Below the pieces are notes generated by a model. That model had not been told where the DNA came from and did no database searches. It was given only the letters and a program-made list of their open reading frames with translations. From positions 129,350 to 193,349 of the forward strand of contig CAVSOU010000014.1 in the NCBI GenBank assembly GCA_963729625.1: 64,000 bases of DNA. Reading direction: 5' to 3'. This stretch comes from an uncultured bacterium (GTDB lineage: Bacteria > Chloroflexota > UBA5177 > JANWHV01). Positions 32,240-41,841 of this stretch are shown here, piece by piece (the stretch's first letter is position 1; each line of letters opens with the position of its first letter). Made by a program: the position numbers and the translations under genes.

Positions 32240-32760
32240 CACGCGCGCAGATGGGGGCGTTGCTCGATCGCGCGTCCGCTACGGATTTAGCTGACGAGTT
32301 GCGCCTGCGAGGAAAACGGCTGGTATTCACCAACGGCATCTTCGATCTGCTCCATGCCGGGCACGTGATGTACCTGTCGGCCGCGCGAGAAATGGGCGAC
32401 TTTCTGCTGGTTGGCTTGAATTCAGACGAAAGTGCTCGACGGCTTAAGGGGCCGGAGCGCCCGCTCGTGGCGGAAGCGGACCGGGCCGTGGTTCTCCTTG
32501 CTTTGCGGGCTGTCGACGGCGTCGTGGTGTATGACGAGCTCACGGCAAGCTCGCTCGTGGCATCGCTGAGGCCTTCTGTGTATGTCAAGGGCGGCGACTA
32601 CGGCTTGGCCGGCGCCGCCGGGGGGGCGTTTTTGCCGGAAGAGCCTGCCGTGCGCGCATATGGCGGGGAAATAAGGCTCCTTCCGTACCGTACTGGATAC
32701 TCAACGAGCGAGCTACTGGCGCGCATCCGTGGGAGCGGAGGGCGAGCGCAGAGACGCTAG
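32236..32760 (+). CDS. RfaE2/HldE-C-like nucleotidyltransferase
   Basis: FTNGIFDLLHAGH, GLNSDES..RLKG..RP, YVKGGDY, YSTS. Confidence 0.9.
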   Translation: MTRAQMGALLDRASATDLADELRLRGKRLVFTNGIFDLLHAGHVMYLSAAREMGDFLLVGLNSDESARRLKGPERPLVAEADRAVVLLALRAVDGVVVYDELTASSLVASLRPSVYVKGGDYGLAGAAGGAFLPEEPAVRAYGGEIRLLPYRTGYSTSELLARIRGSGGRAQRR

Positions 32761-32908
32761 GTTCAGGCCAGCGAGGAGCGCGCGGGGCCGGATTGACGAC
32801 CATGCCGAGGGACAGCCGCAGGTGTGCTGCGCACCCCGGACGCTGCTTGGCTCAATCCCAGAGCATCCTGCCAGCGGCAAGCTTCGCACATCCCGATGTG
32901 GCGTGGAT

Positions 32909-33574
32909 TTAGTTGTCGGGCTCTAGCATCTTGTGCAACAAGCCTTCCGACTCGATGCTCGTCAGTCCGATCAACCGGTCGCCTCGAAGAAGCAGCGCTT
33001 GGGCGGCCGGGAACGTTCTGACGCCGTCGCGGACGTGGAGAGAAAGAACGGTGTCAGGCGGCAGCGCGAGGTCCGCGATCCGCTTTCCGACCCAAGGGCA
33101 GTCGTCGCTCATGTAGAGATCGACGATCTCCATGCCTATATTGCGCAACGTGAGCAGACTGACGAATGGCGTCGTGGGTATTTCTTGTTCAATGAGGCTG
33201 ATTATGAACTGGGTCGCACTGACGGTAACATCAATGCCGAGTCGAATGAATATTTCTTCATTCCTGGGATTGTTGATGCGAGCGATGGTTCGAGTCACGT
33301 TGAAGTGGCGCTTCGCTACCTGGCACACGATCAGATTGTCTTCGTCCTCACCTGTGACCGCGCACACTACGTCTGCTCGACCGACTCCAGCCACCTCGAG
33401 CGTTCCGGCCTCCGCGCCATCCCCACGCAGCACGACTCCCTGACCGAAGTCCTCGGCAATGCGCGCGGCGCGCTTGAAATCACGCTCAATCAGCAGGACC
33501 TCGTGCCGTTCTTCCAGCAATGCCTTGGTCAGATAGTACCCGACCTTTCCACCGCCTATCACTACCACGTACAT
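32909..33574 (-). CDS. trkA: TrkA family K+ uptake regulatory subunit (RCK_N + RCK_C)
   Basis: IGGGKVG, GDG, TGEDEDNL, IARINNPRN. Confidence 0.9.
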   Translation of the reverse strand: MYVVVIGGGKVGYYLTKALLEERHEVLLIERDFKRAARIAEDFGQGVVLRGDGAEAGTLEVAGVGRADVVCAVTGEDEDNLIVCQVAKRHFNVTRTIARINNPRNEEIFIRLGIDVTVSATQFIISLIEQEIPTTPFVSLLTLRNIGMEIVDLYMSDDCPWVGKRIADLALPPDTVLSLHVRDGVRTFPAAQALLLRGDRLIGLTSIESEGLLHKMLEPDN

Positions 33575-33735
33575 GCGCCGCCGGCCTCCCTTCCGCTCAG
33601 GTTGCTGTCACACGCACAAGGACCGGGACCGCCTCGCGATGTTGCTCGGTCTGACCGCCGGCTGCCGCGCTCGACACTCGGATCGGCGTGCGGTGCCATG
33701 GTCGGAACTGTCAGGGCTTCAGGGAGCACGGCTTG

Positions 33736-34137
33736 CTACCCCCCAATCAGCGCCTCAATTTGCGCGACGCCGATGCGAGTTGGACACACCGTCTCCAACC
33801 CGGCGGATCGGAACGTATCCTGGCGCTCCGGATCGTAGATGCGAGTGATCACGCGCGTCAGGTGAAACACCTCTCGAGCTACCTGACTCGCCATAATGTT
33901 CGTATTGTCGGAGTCCGTCAGCGCGCACAGCGCGTCCGCCTTATCGATACCCGCCTGCACAAGTATGTCTTCGTCGATACCTGTACCGAGCACGACCATA
34001 CCGGAGAACTTGGGTGGAAGGCGCTCGAACGCCTCCATGTTCTTGTCTATGATGCTCACCTGGTGGCCAGCTGCATCGAGCATCCCCGCCAGTCTGGCCC
34101 CGACTCGGCCGCAACCAAGGATTACTACTCGCACCAT
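33736..34137 (-). CDS. trkA: Short TrkA family protein (RCK_N only)
   Basis: ILGCGRVG, GTGID, TDSDNTN, RIYDP.R. Confidence 0.9.
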   Translation of the reverse strand: MVRVVILGCGRVGARLAGMLDAAGHQVSIIDKNMEAFERLPPKFSGMVVLGTGIDEDILVQAGIDKADALCALTDSDNTNIMASQVAREVFHLTRVITRIYDPERQDTFRSAGLETVCPTRIGVAQIEALIGG

Positions 34138-34573
34138 TCACTCTCCCTGCGATCGCCCCGTGCAATCATACCTACATTATCGACCTATCCGCCAGTAATC
34201 ACCGCTGCCTGGGCGCGGAGGCAGCGCGTACTACAGCGGATGGCGGGTGGACAGGATGCGGACGTCGGGGCCATCGCGTCGCGGAGCTTCCATCGTGTGG
34301 CATGGAGCCCGAACACGTTGTGCCCGGGCCATTCGCGGGTCACGTACAATGGTAGCTGAAGAGTCTGGGCGACCGTAGCTGGTTCGTTGCGACTACGTGG
34401 CGGCGCTATTCCGCGTGGAGTATAGTGACGGGCCGCCCCGGTGCGACGCGCCGCGAAACCTCGGGAAGTCCAGGCCGTCGAAAGGCTGTCATGCACGAGG
34501 CGGCCAACGATGGCGAGCCGTACGGGAGCGCTAACGCCCTTGTGGCTCCCCGCCAGAGCCGGAGCGACCAGGC

Positions 34574-35599
34574 ATGCGTGTCGACGAATTTGACTATGAT
34601 TTGCCACTGGACCGTATCGCACAGACTCCTATCGAGCCGCGTGATTCCTCGAGGCTTCTCGTGGTGAATCGTGCGGAGCGCAGCCTTTCGCATACAGTCT
34701 TCTCTGACTTACCCCACATTTTGCGCGCCGGCGACCTTTTGGTGCTCAACGATAGCCGTGTCCTGCCGGCGCGGCTGCACGGTGCGCGTGCGCGAGGAGG
34801 TGGGGTAGCTGAAGTGCTGGTGCTGCGCGACCTCGGCGAGCTCCGGTGGCTCTGCCTGACCCGACCAGCAAAACGCATTCACAACGGCGACGTATTGACC
34901 TTTGGGGCCGAGGAGCTTACAGCTGTCGTCCAGGAGGAACTGGACGGGGGACAACGCGTGCTCCAGTTCGGCGTCATGCACGGAACGTTCATGGATGCGC
35001 TTGCGCAGCTGGGAGAAATGCCCCTTCCGCCCTATATCCACTCGCGACTCGAGCATCCGGACCGATATCAGACCGTGTACGCGCGCGAGCCCGGTTCCGC
35101 CGCCGCGCCAACGGCCGGGCTGCACTTCACTTCGAGACTGCTCGAACGCTTGGATCAGGCAGGAATTCACGTGGCATATGTCACGCTCCACATCGGCCTT
35201 GGCACGTTCAGGCCAGTACAGGTTGAAGAGGTAGACCGGCACCACATGCATGCGGAGTTTGGCGTACTGCCGGTCGAGACCGCCCAGGCAATCGCCAACG
35301 CGCGGTCGCGCGGCGGTCGAGTTGTCGCGGTGGGCACAACCGCCTTGCGCGTACTGGAAACGTCCGCTTTGGTTGCGGAGTGTGCCGCGTGGTCAGGTTG
35401 GACTGACATCTTCATCTATCCTGGATTTACGTTTCGGGCGGTCGACGCCCTGGTCACTAACTTTCACCTTCCCAGATCTACATTGCTCATGCTCGTGAGC
35501 GCTTTCGCCGGCAAGGATCTTATTGACTGGGCCTACATCACCGCCATCGCCGAAGGATACAGGTTCTTCAGCTTCGGAGACGCTACGTTGATTCTCTAG
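34574..35599 (+). CDS. queA: S-adenosylmethionine:tRNA ribosyltransferase-isomerase
   Basis: FDYDLP..RIAQ, PLPPYI, RYQTVYA, AAPTAGLHFT, TNFHLP, FFSFGDA. Confidence 0.97.
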   Translation: MRVDEFDYDLPLDRIAQTPIEPRDSSRLLVVNRAERSLSHTVFSDLPHILRAGDLLVLNDSRVLPARLHGARARGGGVAEVLVLRDLGELRWLCLTRPAKRIHNGDVLTFGAEELTAVVQEELDGGQRVLQFGVMHGTFMDALAQLGEMPLPPYIHSRLEHPDRYQTVYAREPGSAAAPTAGLHFTSRLLERLDQAGIHVAYVTLHIGLGTFRPVQVEEVDRHHMHAEFGVLPVETAQAIANARSRGGRVVAVGTTALRVLETSALVAECAAWSGWTDIFIYPGFTFRAVDALVTNFHLPRSTLLMLVSAFAGKDLIDWAYITAIAEGYRFFSFGDATLIL

Positions 35600-35706
35600 A
35601 TGCTTCGACTGCCGCCGGCGTAGAGTGGTGATGCGGTATGATCCCCGTTAAGTGGTGACCAGGTGTCTCGAGCTCGGCCGCCACGCGCCGGCGAAAGGGG
35701 TGACTC

Positions 35707-36129
35707 GTGCGCGTGCTGCTCATGGTCGGCAACACCAGCATGTCCCTTCGCGAACTCTACACAACCGTACTTGAGAGCCACCACGGTGGCTGGACAACGT
35801 CGTATATGAGCGGCATGCCTGCGGGAGTGGAATCGATTGTTGGCGGCTACGATCTCGTCGTTATGGAGCTGGGCCGCGCCGACTCTGCCGAGCGCGTGGC
35901 CGGCGCGAGTCTCATCCGGAGCGCAGGTGTCGAGGTGGTCACCCATGTCGAAGGGCACGAGGCCGATCGGTATCGCGATCAGCTGAGTGGCGTGGGGGTG
36001 GTGGTCGTTTCGAGCCCGCTGACCGGTGAGCATATCGGCGTGGCGCTGGACCAGGTTGCGTCCCGCCGCAAAACCAGTTCTCATCGTCTCGGCGCACGAG
36101 AGCGGCTTCGCCGATTTCTTGGGCGGTGA
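35707..36129 (+). CDS. Hypothetical protein, atypical receiver-like fold
   Basis: Alternating beta/alpha pattern RVLLMV...YDLVVMEL...VEVVTH...VVVVSSP, without the phospho-Asp and Lys. Confidence 0.6.
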   Translation: MRVLLMVGNTSMSLRELYTTVLESHHGGWTTSYMSGMPAGVESIVGGYDLVVMELGRADSAERVAGASLIRSAGVEVVTHVEGHEADRYRDQLSGVGVVVVSSPLTGEHIGVALDQVASRRKTSSHRLGARERLRRFLGR

Positions 36130-36180
36130 TCGTCGCCATCGTGGCTTTATTAGTGATTCGGGAAGAGGTGGTTCGCCGCG

Positions 36181-37152
36181 GTGAGTGACGTTGCGCGTAC
36201 GGTGTTCATGGGAACGCCGGAGTTCTCGGTTCCGTGCTTGACAGCTCTCCTGGAGATCGCTCGCGGCGGAAATCCACCGTTGCGTGTTGTCGGCGTGTTC
36301 ACCCAGCCCGACCGGCCGGCAGGCCGCCGGGGCCAGGTGATGACGGCCTCGCCCGTGAAGGTCGCGGCACTCCGTGCGAATCTGCCTGTGTTTCAGCCCG
36401 AGCGTCTGCGTAGCCAAGAGGCTGTCTTCAACCTTGCCCAGCTCCGACCCGACCTGATAGTGGTGGCAGCGTACGCCCAAATCCTGACGCTCCCCGTGCT
36501 CGATCTGCCGCGACTGGGCTGCCTCAACGTTCACGCCTCACTCCTGCCTCGCTACCGAGGCGCGTCGCCAATTCAGGCTCCAATTCTTGACGGTGCGGAG
36601 AGTACCGGAGTGACCATCATGCGGATGGACGAAGGGTTGGACACCGGGCCTGTGCTGACTCAGGTCTCGGTGCCGATCGACCCGGACGCCACAGCGGGAA
36701 GCCTGACCACGATGCTGGCGAGCGAAGGCGCGCGTTTGCTGAGTGCAACGCTGCCCAGGTGGATCGCCGGCAGCATTGGAGTAGAGCCTCAAGACGATTC
36801 GCAGGCGACGATGACCAAACGGCTCACCAAGGAGGATGGTCGAATCGACTGGCGCCGCGAGGCTCGAGTCGTCGAGCGTCAGGTGCGCGCGATGTCTCCG
36901 TGGCCGGGTGCGTATACCGGCACCTCAGCGGGATTGCTGAAGGTTCATCGAGCGGCAGTGCTCCCTGCCGCGACTGAAGGCGTCCCCGGGACGCTGGTCG
37001 CTCACCCGGAGGGGCCAGCTGTCATCACCGGAGACGGCTTGCTCGTGCTCATTGAGGTTCAGCCAGCGGGGCGACGCGCCATGCCGGGCTCGGATTGGCT
37101 GAGGGGCGCCAGGACTCTTCTCGGCACAGTGCTTGGCGGTCCTGTCCCGTGA
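36181..37152 (+). CDS. fmt: Methionyl-tRNA formyltransferase
   Basis: FMGTPEF, TQPDRPAGR, NVHASLLPRYRGASPI, MDEGLDTG. Confidence 0.96.
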   Translation: MSDVARTVFMGTPEFSVPCLTALLEIARGGNPPLRVVGVFTQPDRPAGRRGQVMTASPVKVAALRANLPVFQPERLRSQEAVFNLAQLRPDLIVVAAYAQILTLPVLDLPRLGCLNVHASLLPRYRGASPIQAPILDGAESTGVTIMRMDEGLDTGPVLTQVSVPIDPDATAGSLTTMLASEGARLLSATLPRWIAGSIGVEPQDDSQATMTKRLTKEDGRIDWRREARVVERQVRAMSPWPGAYTGTSAGLLKVHRAAVLPAATEGVPGTLVAHPEGPAVITGDGLLVLIEVQPAGRRAMPGSDWLRGARTLLGTVLGGPVP

Positions 37153-37162
37153 GGCAGGAGCG

Positions 37163-37759
37163 ATGAAGGGCCGCAATCGACCGGTCGCTGACATCGAAGC
37201 GCGACGTGCCACTGACGATGAGGAAGGCCTGTTTGATGAGCCCTTGGGCGGCGTGCCGCACGTTCGCTTATTCTCAGGACTGTTCCTTCTCGCCGCAGCG
37301 GCCTTGCTGATCGCCATTGAACAGCTTCTCGGCCTCGGTGCGAACTCCACAATCGGGACGTCGCGGTCGGAGGCGTCGTTGCCGGGCTTGTCGATGCCCT
37401 ATGTGCGTCCAGATCTCACCGTCAAGGCGCGCTACGTTGAGCGGCAGACCTCGATCGGCGGCGAGTCCGCAGGCACTGGGAGGGAGTTCGTGGTGATCGC
37501 GGTGCTCGTGAAGAACACGCAGCGGCGACCGTTAGCCATCGCCCCAACTGACTTTCGAATACTACGTGCCGGCAAGGCAGTTTGCGTGGCAGAGCCCTAT
37601 CCTGGCGGTGAAGACGCGCTGCGAGCAAAGGGCCTTGCGTTTCAGCACAGCGCGCAAGGGGTACTGATCTGCCGGGTTCCTCGCGGATTGTCGGATCTCG
37701 TTCTTCAGTACGTGCCTGAAGACGGTTCGCGAGCGGTGGCCCGCTGGACCGTCCGGTGA
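37163..37759 (+). CDS. Membrane-anchored Ig-like (DUF4352-like) protein
   Basis: One TM helix, then FVVIAVLVKNT...DFRI...GVLICRVP...LVLQY; AGGAG RBS. Confidence 0.65.
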   Translation: MKGRNRPVADIEARRATDDEEGLFDEPLGGVPHVRLFSGLFLLAAAALLIAIEQLLGLGANSTIGTSRSEASLPGLSMPYVRPDLTVKARYVERQTSIGGESAGTGREFVVIAVLVKNTQRRPLAIAPTDFRILRAGKAVCVAEPYPGGEDALRAKGLAFQHSAQGVLICRVPRGLSDLVLQYVPEDGSRAVARWTVR

Positions 37760-37851
37760 CAGATACTTGGGCTCAGCGAAGGATGTTATCGTCTTGCGGC
37801 TTCAGCGTGAGCTCCGCGCGCATGCCATGAGCAGTCTTGCTGCGGACGGCA

Positions 37852-38796
37852 CTACGTGAGCTTCTTGCGCAGGCGATCCACGTGATCGGCATTCAGCTCA
37901 ACCAGGATGCTCGCGACCTCGGGGTTGCAATCCAGGACGGTATGCCGCACCGCGTCGGCGATTGTGGCGCCTTCCCCCACTGTGGTTTCGGGGTCGACGA
38001 AGATGCCGACCTCGAGCAGCACGTCGCTGCCGTGAGCCCGACCAGTCACCGCGGTGACGCTGCGCACGCCAGGAACGCTTCCCGCGATCGTTCGCACGCG
38101 CCCGGTCAAGCGATCGTCGAGATTTGTCTCCATGAGTTCGTGGCCGGCTCCCGCCCCAATGTTGATCGCCGTCCAGACGACGATTCCCGCGATTGCAAGA
38201 CCGCCAATGCCATCCAGGCGCGGCTCGCCAAGGTGCGCGCCAAGAACGCCAAAGACCACGGCAAGTGAGCTGAAGACGTCTGAGAGGCTATCTCGCGCAT
38301 CTGCTTCCACGGCCTGGGAGCCGACATCACGCGCTATTCGCATCTCCACGCGCACGACAACCAGCTTGACCGCCAGCGTTCCCAGAGCGACCCAGAACGC
38401 GAGGAGCGACGGCGTCGGCGTGCCGGAAATGAGTTTCTGAACCGATTCCCATCCCAGGAACAGGCCGGCGGCCGTGAGCAAGTGGGCGGACGAGACTGCG
38501 ACCAGGACCTCGGCGCGATCGTGGCCGTAAGGATGGGACTCATCAGCCGGTCGCCGTGAGTACACCAGGGCACCAATTACGAGGAGGTTGTTGAGCAAGT
38601 CCGCACACGAATGGCCGGCGTCCGCCAACAATGCTACAGATCCGGATGCCAGTCCTGCGAGGACTTTGATCACAATGAGCGAAAGATTGACTACGAGCCC
38701 GAGCGCCGGCCCCCATACCGCGGTGCGAAAGCGCTGCTCGGCGCTTCGGCGGACGGAAGCGAGATCCTCCTTCGGGTGGTCGGGCAGGAGCGTCAT
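37852..38796 (-). CDS. Cation diffusion facilitator transporter
   Basis: SVALLADAGHS..D, HPYGH.RAE, DSLSD, C-terminal dimerisation domain. Confidence 0.92.
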   Translation of the reverse strand: MTLLPDHPKEDLASVRRSAEQRFRTAVWGPALGLVVNLSLIVIKVLAGLASGSVALLADAGHSCADLLNNLLVIGALVYSRRPADESHPYGHDRAEVLVAVSSAHLLTAAGLFLGWESVQKLISGTPTPSLLAFWVALGTLAVKLVVVRVEMRIARDVGSQAVEADARDSLSDVFSSLAVVFGVLGAHLGEPRLDGIGGLAIAGIVVWTAINIGAGAGHELMETNLDDRLTGRVRTIAGSVPGVRSVTAVTGRAHGSDVLLEVGIFVDPETTVGEGATIADAVRHTVLDCNPEVASILVELNADHVDRLRKKLT

Positions 38797-38837
38797 CTGC
38801 TCATTGGGCCTGCTACTACCTCATCGCGTAGTGGATC

Positions 38838-39593
38838 CTAGCGGTGTCCAAGCCGGATCAGGATGATGCTGAACTCATACAGGATGATCAGCAGGAAGCT
38901 CACGATGAGGGGTGTCACGGGATCGGCGCCAGGCGTGATGATCATACCGGCGAACAGAGCGATGAAGAATGCAACTTTGCGCCTGCGACGCAGGAAACTT
39001 GACGAGACGATTCCCACTCTGGACAGCAAGCTAAGCACGACTGGAAGCTCGAATACTGCGCCAAAGACGAGGATCAGGATCGCGAACTGGCTCAGGTAGC
39101 TGGCTGAGTCAGGAATGTACAGCAGATCCTTGCCGCCGATACCCAGCATGAAGTTGAAGTAACGCGGAAACACCAGATATCCGACGCCCGCACCGAGGAG
39201 GAACAGCAACAAACCAAGGCCGACGAACGGCACGACGTAACGCCTGGTCTCGATCTCGAAGGCCGGGGCCACGAACATCCAGAACTCATACAGCCACACA
39301 GGCACGCTGATCACCGCCGCGGGGATGAGCGCCAGTTTGATTCTCAGGAACAGCGCGCCGGTGACGGTATTGAACGTCAGGACCCCGGTACCGAAGGCAG
39401 TATGCACGCCGTTAAGCGGGTGGGTGACAAGGTTAAATATCGGCTGGTAGAAGAAGAGACCGACAACTGCCGCCACCGTGGTAACCAGGATGCATACAAA
39501 TAGTCGCTTGCGCAACTCCTCGAGGTGCTCGATCACCGTCATGTTCTTCGGGTCGGGATCGTTGAGAGCCAGGAACCTTTGGCTGACTGCCAT
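38838..39593 (-). CDS. tatC: Twin-arginine translocase TatC
   Basis: EHLEELRKR, FELP, ITPGADP, LYE. Confidence 0.95.
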   Translation of the reverse strand: MAVSQRFLALNDPDPKNMTVIEHLEELRKRLFVCILVTTVAAVVGLFFYQPIFNLVTHPLNGVHTAFGTGVLTFNTVTGALFLRIKLALIPAAVISVPVWLYEFWMFVAPAFEIETRRYVVPFVGLGLLLFLLGAGVGYLVFPRYFNFMLGIGGKDLLYIPDSASYLSQFAILILVFGAVFELPVVLSLLSRVGIVSSSFLRRRRKVAFFIALFAGMIITPGADPVTPLIVSFLLIILYEFSIILIRLGHR

Positions 39594-39646
39594 CGCCGTC
39601 CTTCTTACCTCTGTGAACTAGCGCCTGATCAGGGCGCCTGCACAGT

Positions 39647-39680
39647 TGTGGGTGTGAGTCAGTGCCGACTCACACCCACA
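39647..39680 (-). terminator. Perfect 14-bp stem-loop between tatA and tatC
   Basis: TGTGGGTGTGAGTC-agtgcc-GACTCACACCCACA; no U-tract on the transcribed strand. Confidence 0.7.
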
Positions 39681-39716
39681 TATGGCATCCAAGTCAATAG
39701 AACAGGAACGATACCG

Positions 39717-40001
39717 CTAGTCTCTAGAATTATCGGCGTTTACCGGTTGCCGGTTCTCGGACGCCTGCGGTGTCCACTGTTGCTCCACAACAGGAGGCTG
39801 CTGAATCGCGCGCGACGGCTGCGGCGGCTGGAAGGTCTGCTGCGTAGGGCTCGCCTCGTGGAGCCCATTCGTCGCGTCCTTGAACTCGCGAATGCCGCGG
39901 CCAAAAGCAGACCCAATCTCCGGCAGCTTCCCTGGGCCGAACACCAGCAACACTATGATCAACAGAATGATGATTTCGGGCCCGTGTCCTATGCCAAACA
40001 T
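39717..40001 (-). CDS. tatA: Twin-arginine translocase TatA
   Basis: EIIILLIIVLLVFGPGKLPEIG...GIREFK. Confidence 0.95.
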   Translation of the reverse strand: MFGIGHGPEIIILLIIVLLVFGPGKLPEIGSAFGRGIREFKDATNGLHEASPTQQTFQPPQPSRAIQQPPVVEQQWTPQASENRQPVNADNSRD

Positions 40002-40093
40002 CTCGTGTGCTCCCTTGTGCTTGGAATGCTGTACGGAGGAATGATACTCTTCCTGTGGCCACTTGTCTATTGATGCGTCAGGAGCGACCCTCG

Positions 40094-41698
40094 TTGACTA
40101 GTACATCAGATACCGGCGATCGGTTCAATCAGGTCGAAACTCCAGAGGGGCAAATCGACCCGCGACTGCTTGACGTGCGTCGCCGAAAGGCTGCCGTGCT
40201 TGTAGAGCACGAGGCACGAGCCGCCAAGGCGCAACATGGTCGCGGCAAGCTGACTGCCCGCGAGCGCGTAGCGCTTCTCGTCGATCAGGACAGCTTTGAG
40301 GAGCTGGACATGTTTGCGGTCCACCGCGCCGAGGTATTCGGCATGGCCGATCGCCGCTATCCGGGTGACGGCGTGGTAACCGGCTTCGCCACGATCGACG
40401 GCAGGCAAGTCGCCCTTTATTCCCAGGACTTCACCGTGTTCGGAGGCTCGCTTGGTGAGGTCGTGGCTGAGAAGATCGTCAAGCTCATGGACATGGCCGT
40501 TCGCCTCGGCGTGCCTATCATAGGCATCAATGACTCAGGCGGCGCCCGCATCCAAGAGGGCGCCGTGAGCCTGGCGGGCTATGCCGACATCTTCTACCGG
40601 AACGTCCGGGCGTCTGGTGTCGTACCACAGATCTCGATTATTGCCGGGCCGTGCGCCGGCGGCGCAGTGTATTCACCGGCCATCACCGACTTCATCTTCA
40701 TGGTGCGTGGCATCGGCAAGATGTACATCACTGGGCCCGACGTCATCCGCGCGGTAACAGGCGAGGAGGTTGGGCACGAGCAGCTTGGCGGGGCGGATAC
40801 GCACTGCGCATTGAGCGGCGTAGCCCACTTCGCAGGAGACAGCGAGCGCGAGGTGTTCGACATGGTTCGCGTACTGCTTGACTACCTTCCGTCCAACAAC
40901 CTGCAGAACGCGCCTGTCAGGCAATCGCTCGACGCACCGGACCGGCGCGATGCGAGACTTAACGCCGTAGTGCCGCTTTCTCCTTCCAAGCCGTACGACA
41001 TGCACGAGGTTCTCAAGTATGTGCTCGATCAGGGCGACTTCTTCGAGGTGCAGGAAGCATACGCTCCGAATATCCTGATCGGCCTGGGGCGGCTGGACGG
41101 CAGGCCCGTAGGCGTCGTAGCAAACCAACCAAGCGAGATGGCCGGAACGCTAGATATTAACGCGTCGACCAAGGCCGCGCGATTCATACGTTGTTGCGAC
41201 GCGTTCAACATCCCGTTGCTTACCTTCGTGGATGTGCCCGGGTTCCTGCCCGGCACGAGCCAGGAATTCAACGGGATCATCCGGCATGGCGCCAAGCTAC
41301 TCTACGCGTTCGCGGAGGCCACTGTGCCGAAAATCACGGTGATCGTACGGAAGGCCTACGGCGGCGCGTACAACGTGATGTGCTCCAAGCACATTGGCGC
41401 AGACTTCAACTTTGCGTGGCCATCCGGCGAGATCGCGGTGATGGGTCCGTCCGGTGCTGTTTCCGTGATATTCCGACGCGAAATCGCCGCATCAAAGGAA
41501 CCAGCAAAGCGGGCAGCGGAACTCACAGCGGATTACCAAAGGCGCTTTGCCAACCCATTCGTGGCGGCCGAGCGCGGCTATCTCGACGCGGTGATCGAGC
41601 CCCGCGATACGAGGCCTACGCTCATTCGCGCGTTTGCCACGGCCGCCAGCAAGCGCGAGCCTCGCCCGTCGAGAAAGCACGGAAATATACCCCTGTAA
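40094..41698 (+). CDS. pccB: Acyl-CoA (propionyl-CoA) carboxylase carboxyltransferase beta subunit
   Basis: GKLTARER, DSGGARIQEG, GPCAGGAVY, DVPGFLPG, RKHGNIPL; TTG start after CAGGAG (alternative ATG at 40073). Confidence 0.92.
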   Translation: MTSTSDTGDRFNQVETPEGQIDPRLLDVRRRKAAVLVEHEARAAKAQHGRGKLTARERVALLVDQDSFEELDMFAVHRAEVFGMADRRYPGDGVVTGFATIDGRQVALYSQDFTVFGGSLGEVVAEKIVKLMDMAVRLGVPIIGINDSGGARIQEGAVSLAGYADIFYRNVRASGVVPQISIIAGPCAGGAVYSPAITDFIFMVRGIGKMYITGPDVIRAVTGEEVGHEQLGGADTHCALSGVAHFAGDSEREVFDMVRVLLDYLPSNNLQNAPVRQSLDAPDRRDARLNAVVPLSPSKPYDMHEVLKYVLDQGDFFEVQEAYAPNILIGLGRLDGRPVGVVANQPSEMAGTLDINASTKAARFIRCCDAFNIPLLTFVDVPGFLPGTSQEFNGIIRHGAKLLYAFAEATVPKITVIVRKAYGGAYNVMCSKHIGADFNFAWPSGEIAVMGPSGAVSVIFRREIAASKEPAKRAAELTADYQRRFANPFVAAERGYLDAVIEPRDTRPTLIRAFATAASKREPRPSRKHGNIPL

Positions 41699-41841
41699 GG
41701 CAGTGCTCGCGCACGTCTCTACTCCTGACAGCACCCCGACTACCACGAACGGGTAATGGCGCTGCATGGTCCAAATGGGGCTAACACATAGTGCCATATT
41801 GCGAACAGAATAGGCATGTCAACGCCTGAACCTGTTACGTA

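Noticed and set aside
33575-33735. Lost RCK_C domain of the short trkA
   Set aside because: The spacer shows no RCK_C-like translation, so the short form appears genuine.
34138-34573. c-di-AMP (ydaO) riboswitch upstream of trkA
   Set aside because: The conserved GCTGAATCC/GGGGGAAC elements were not found on the minus strand; the region looks like a divergent promoter.
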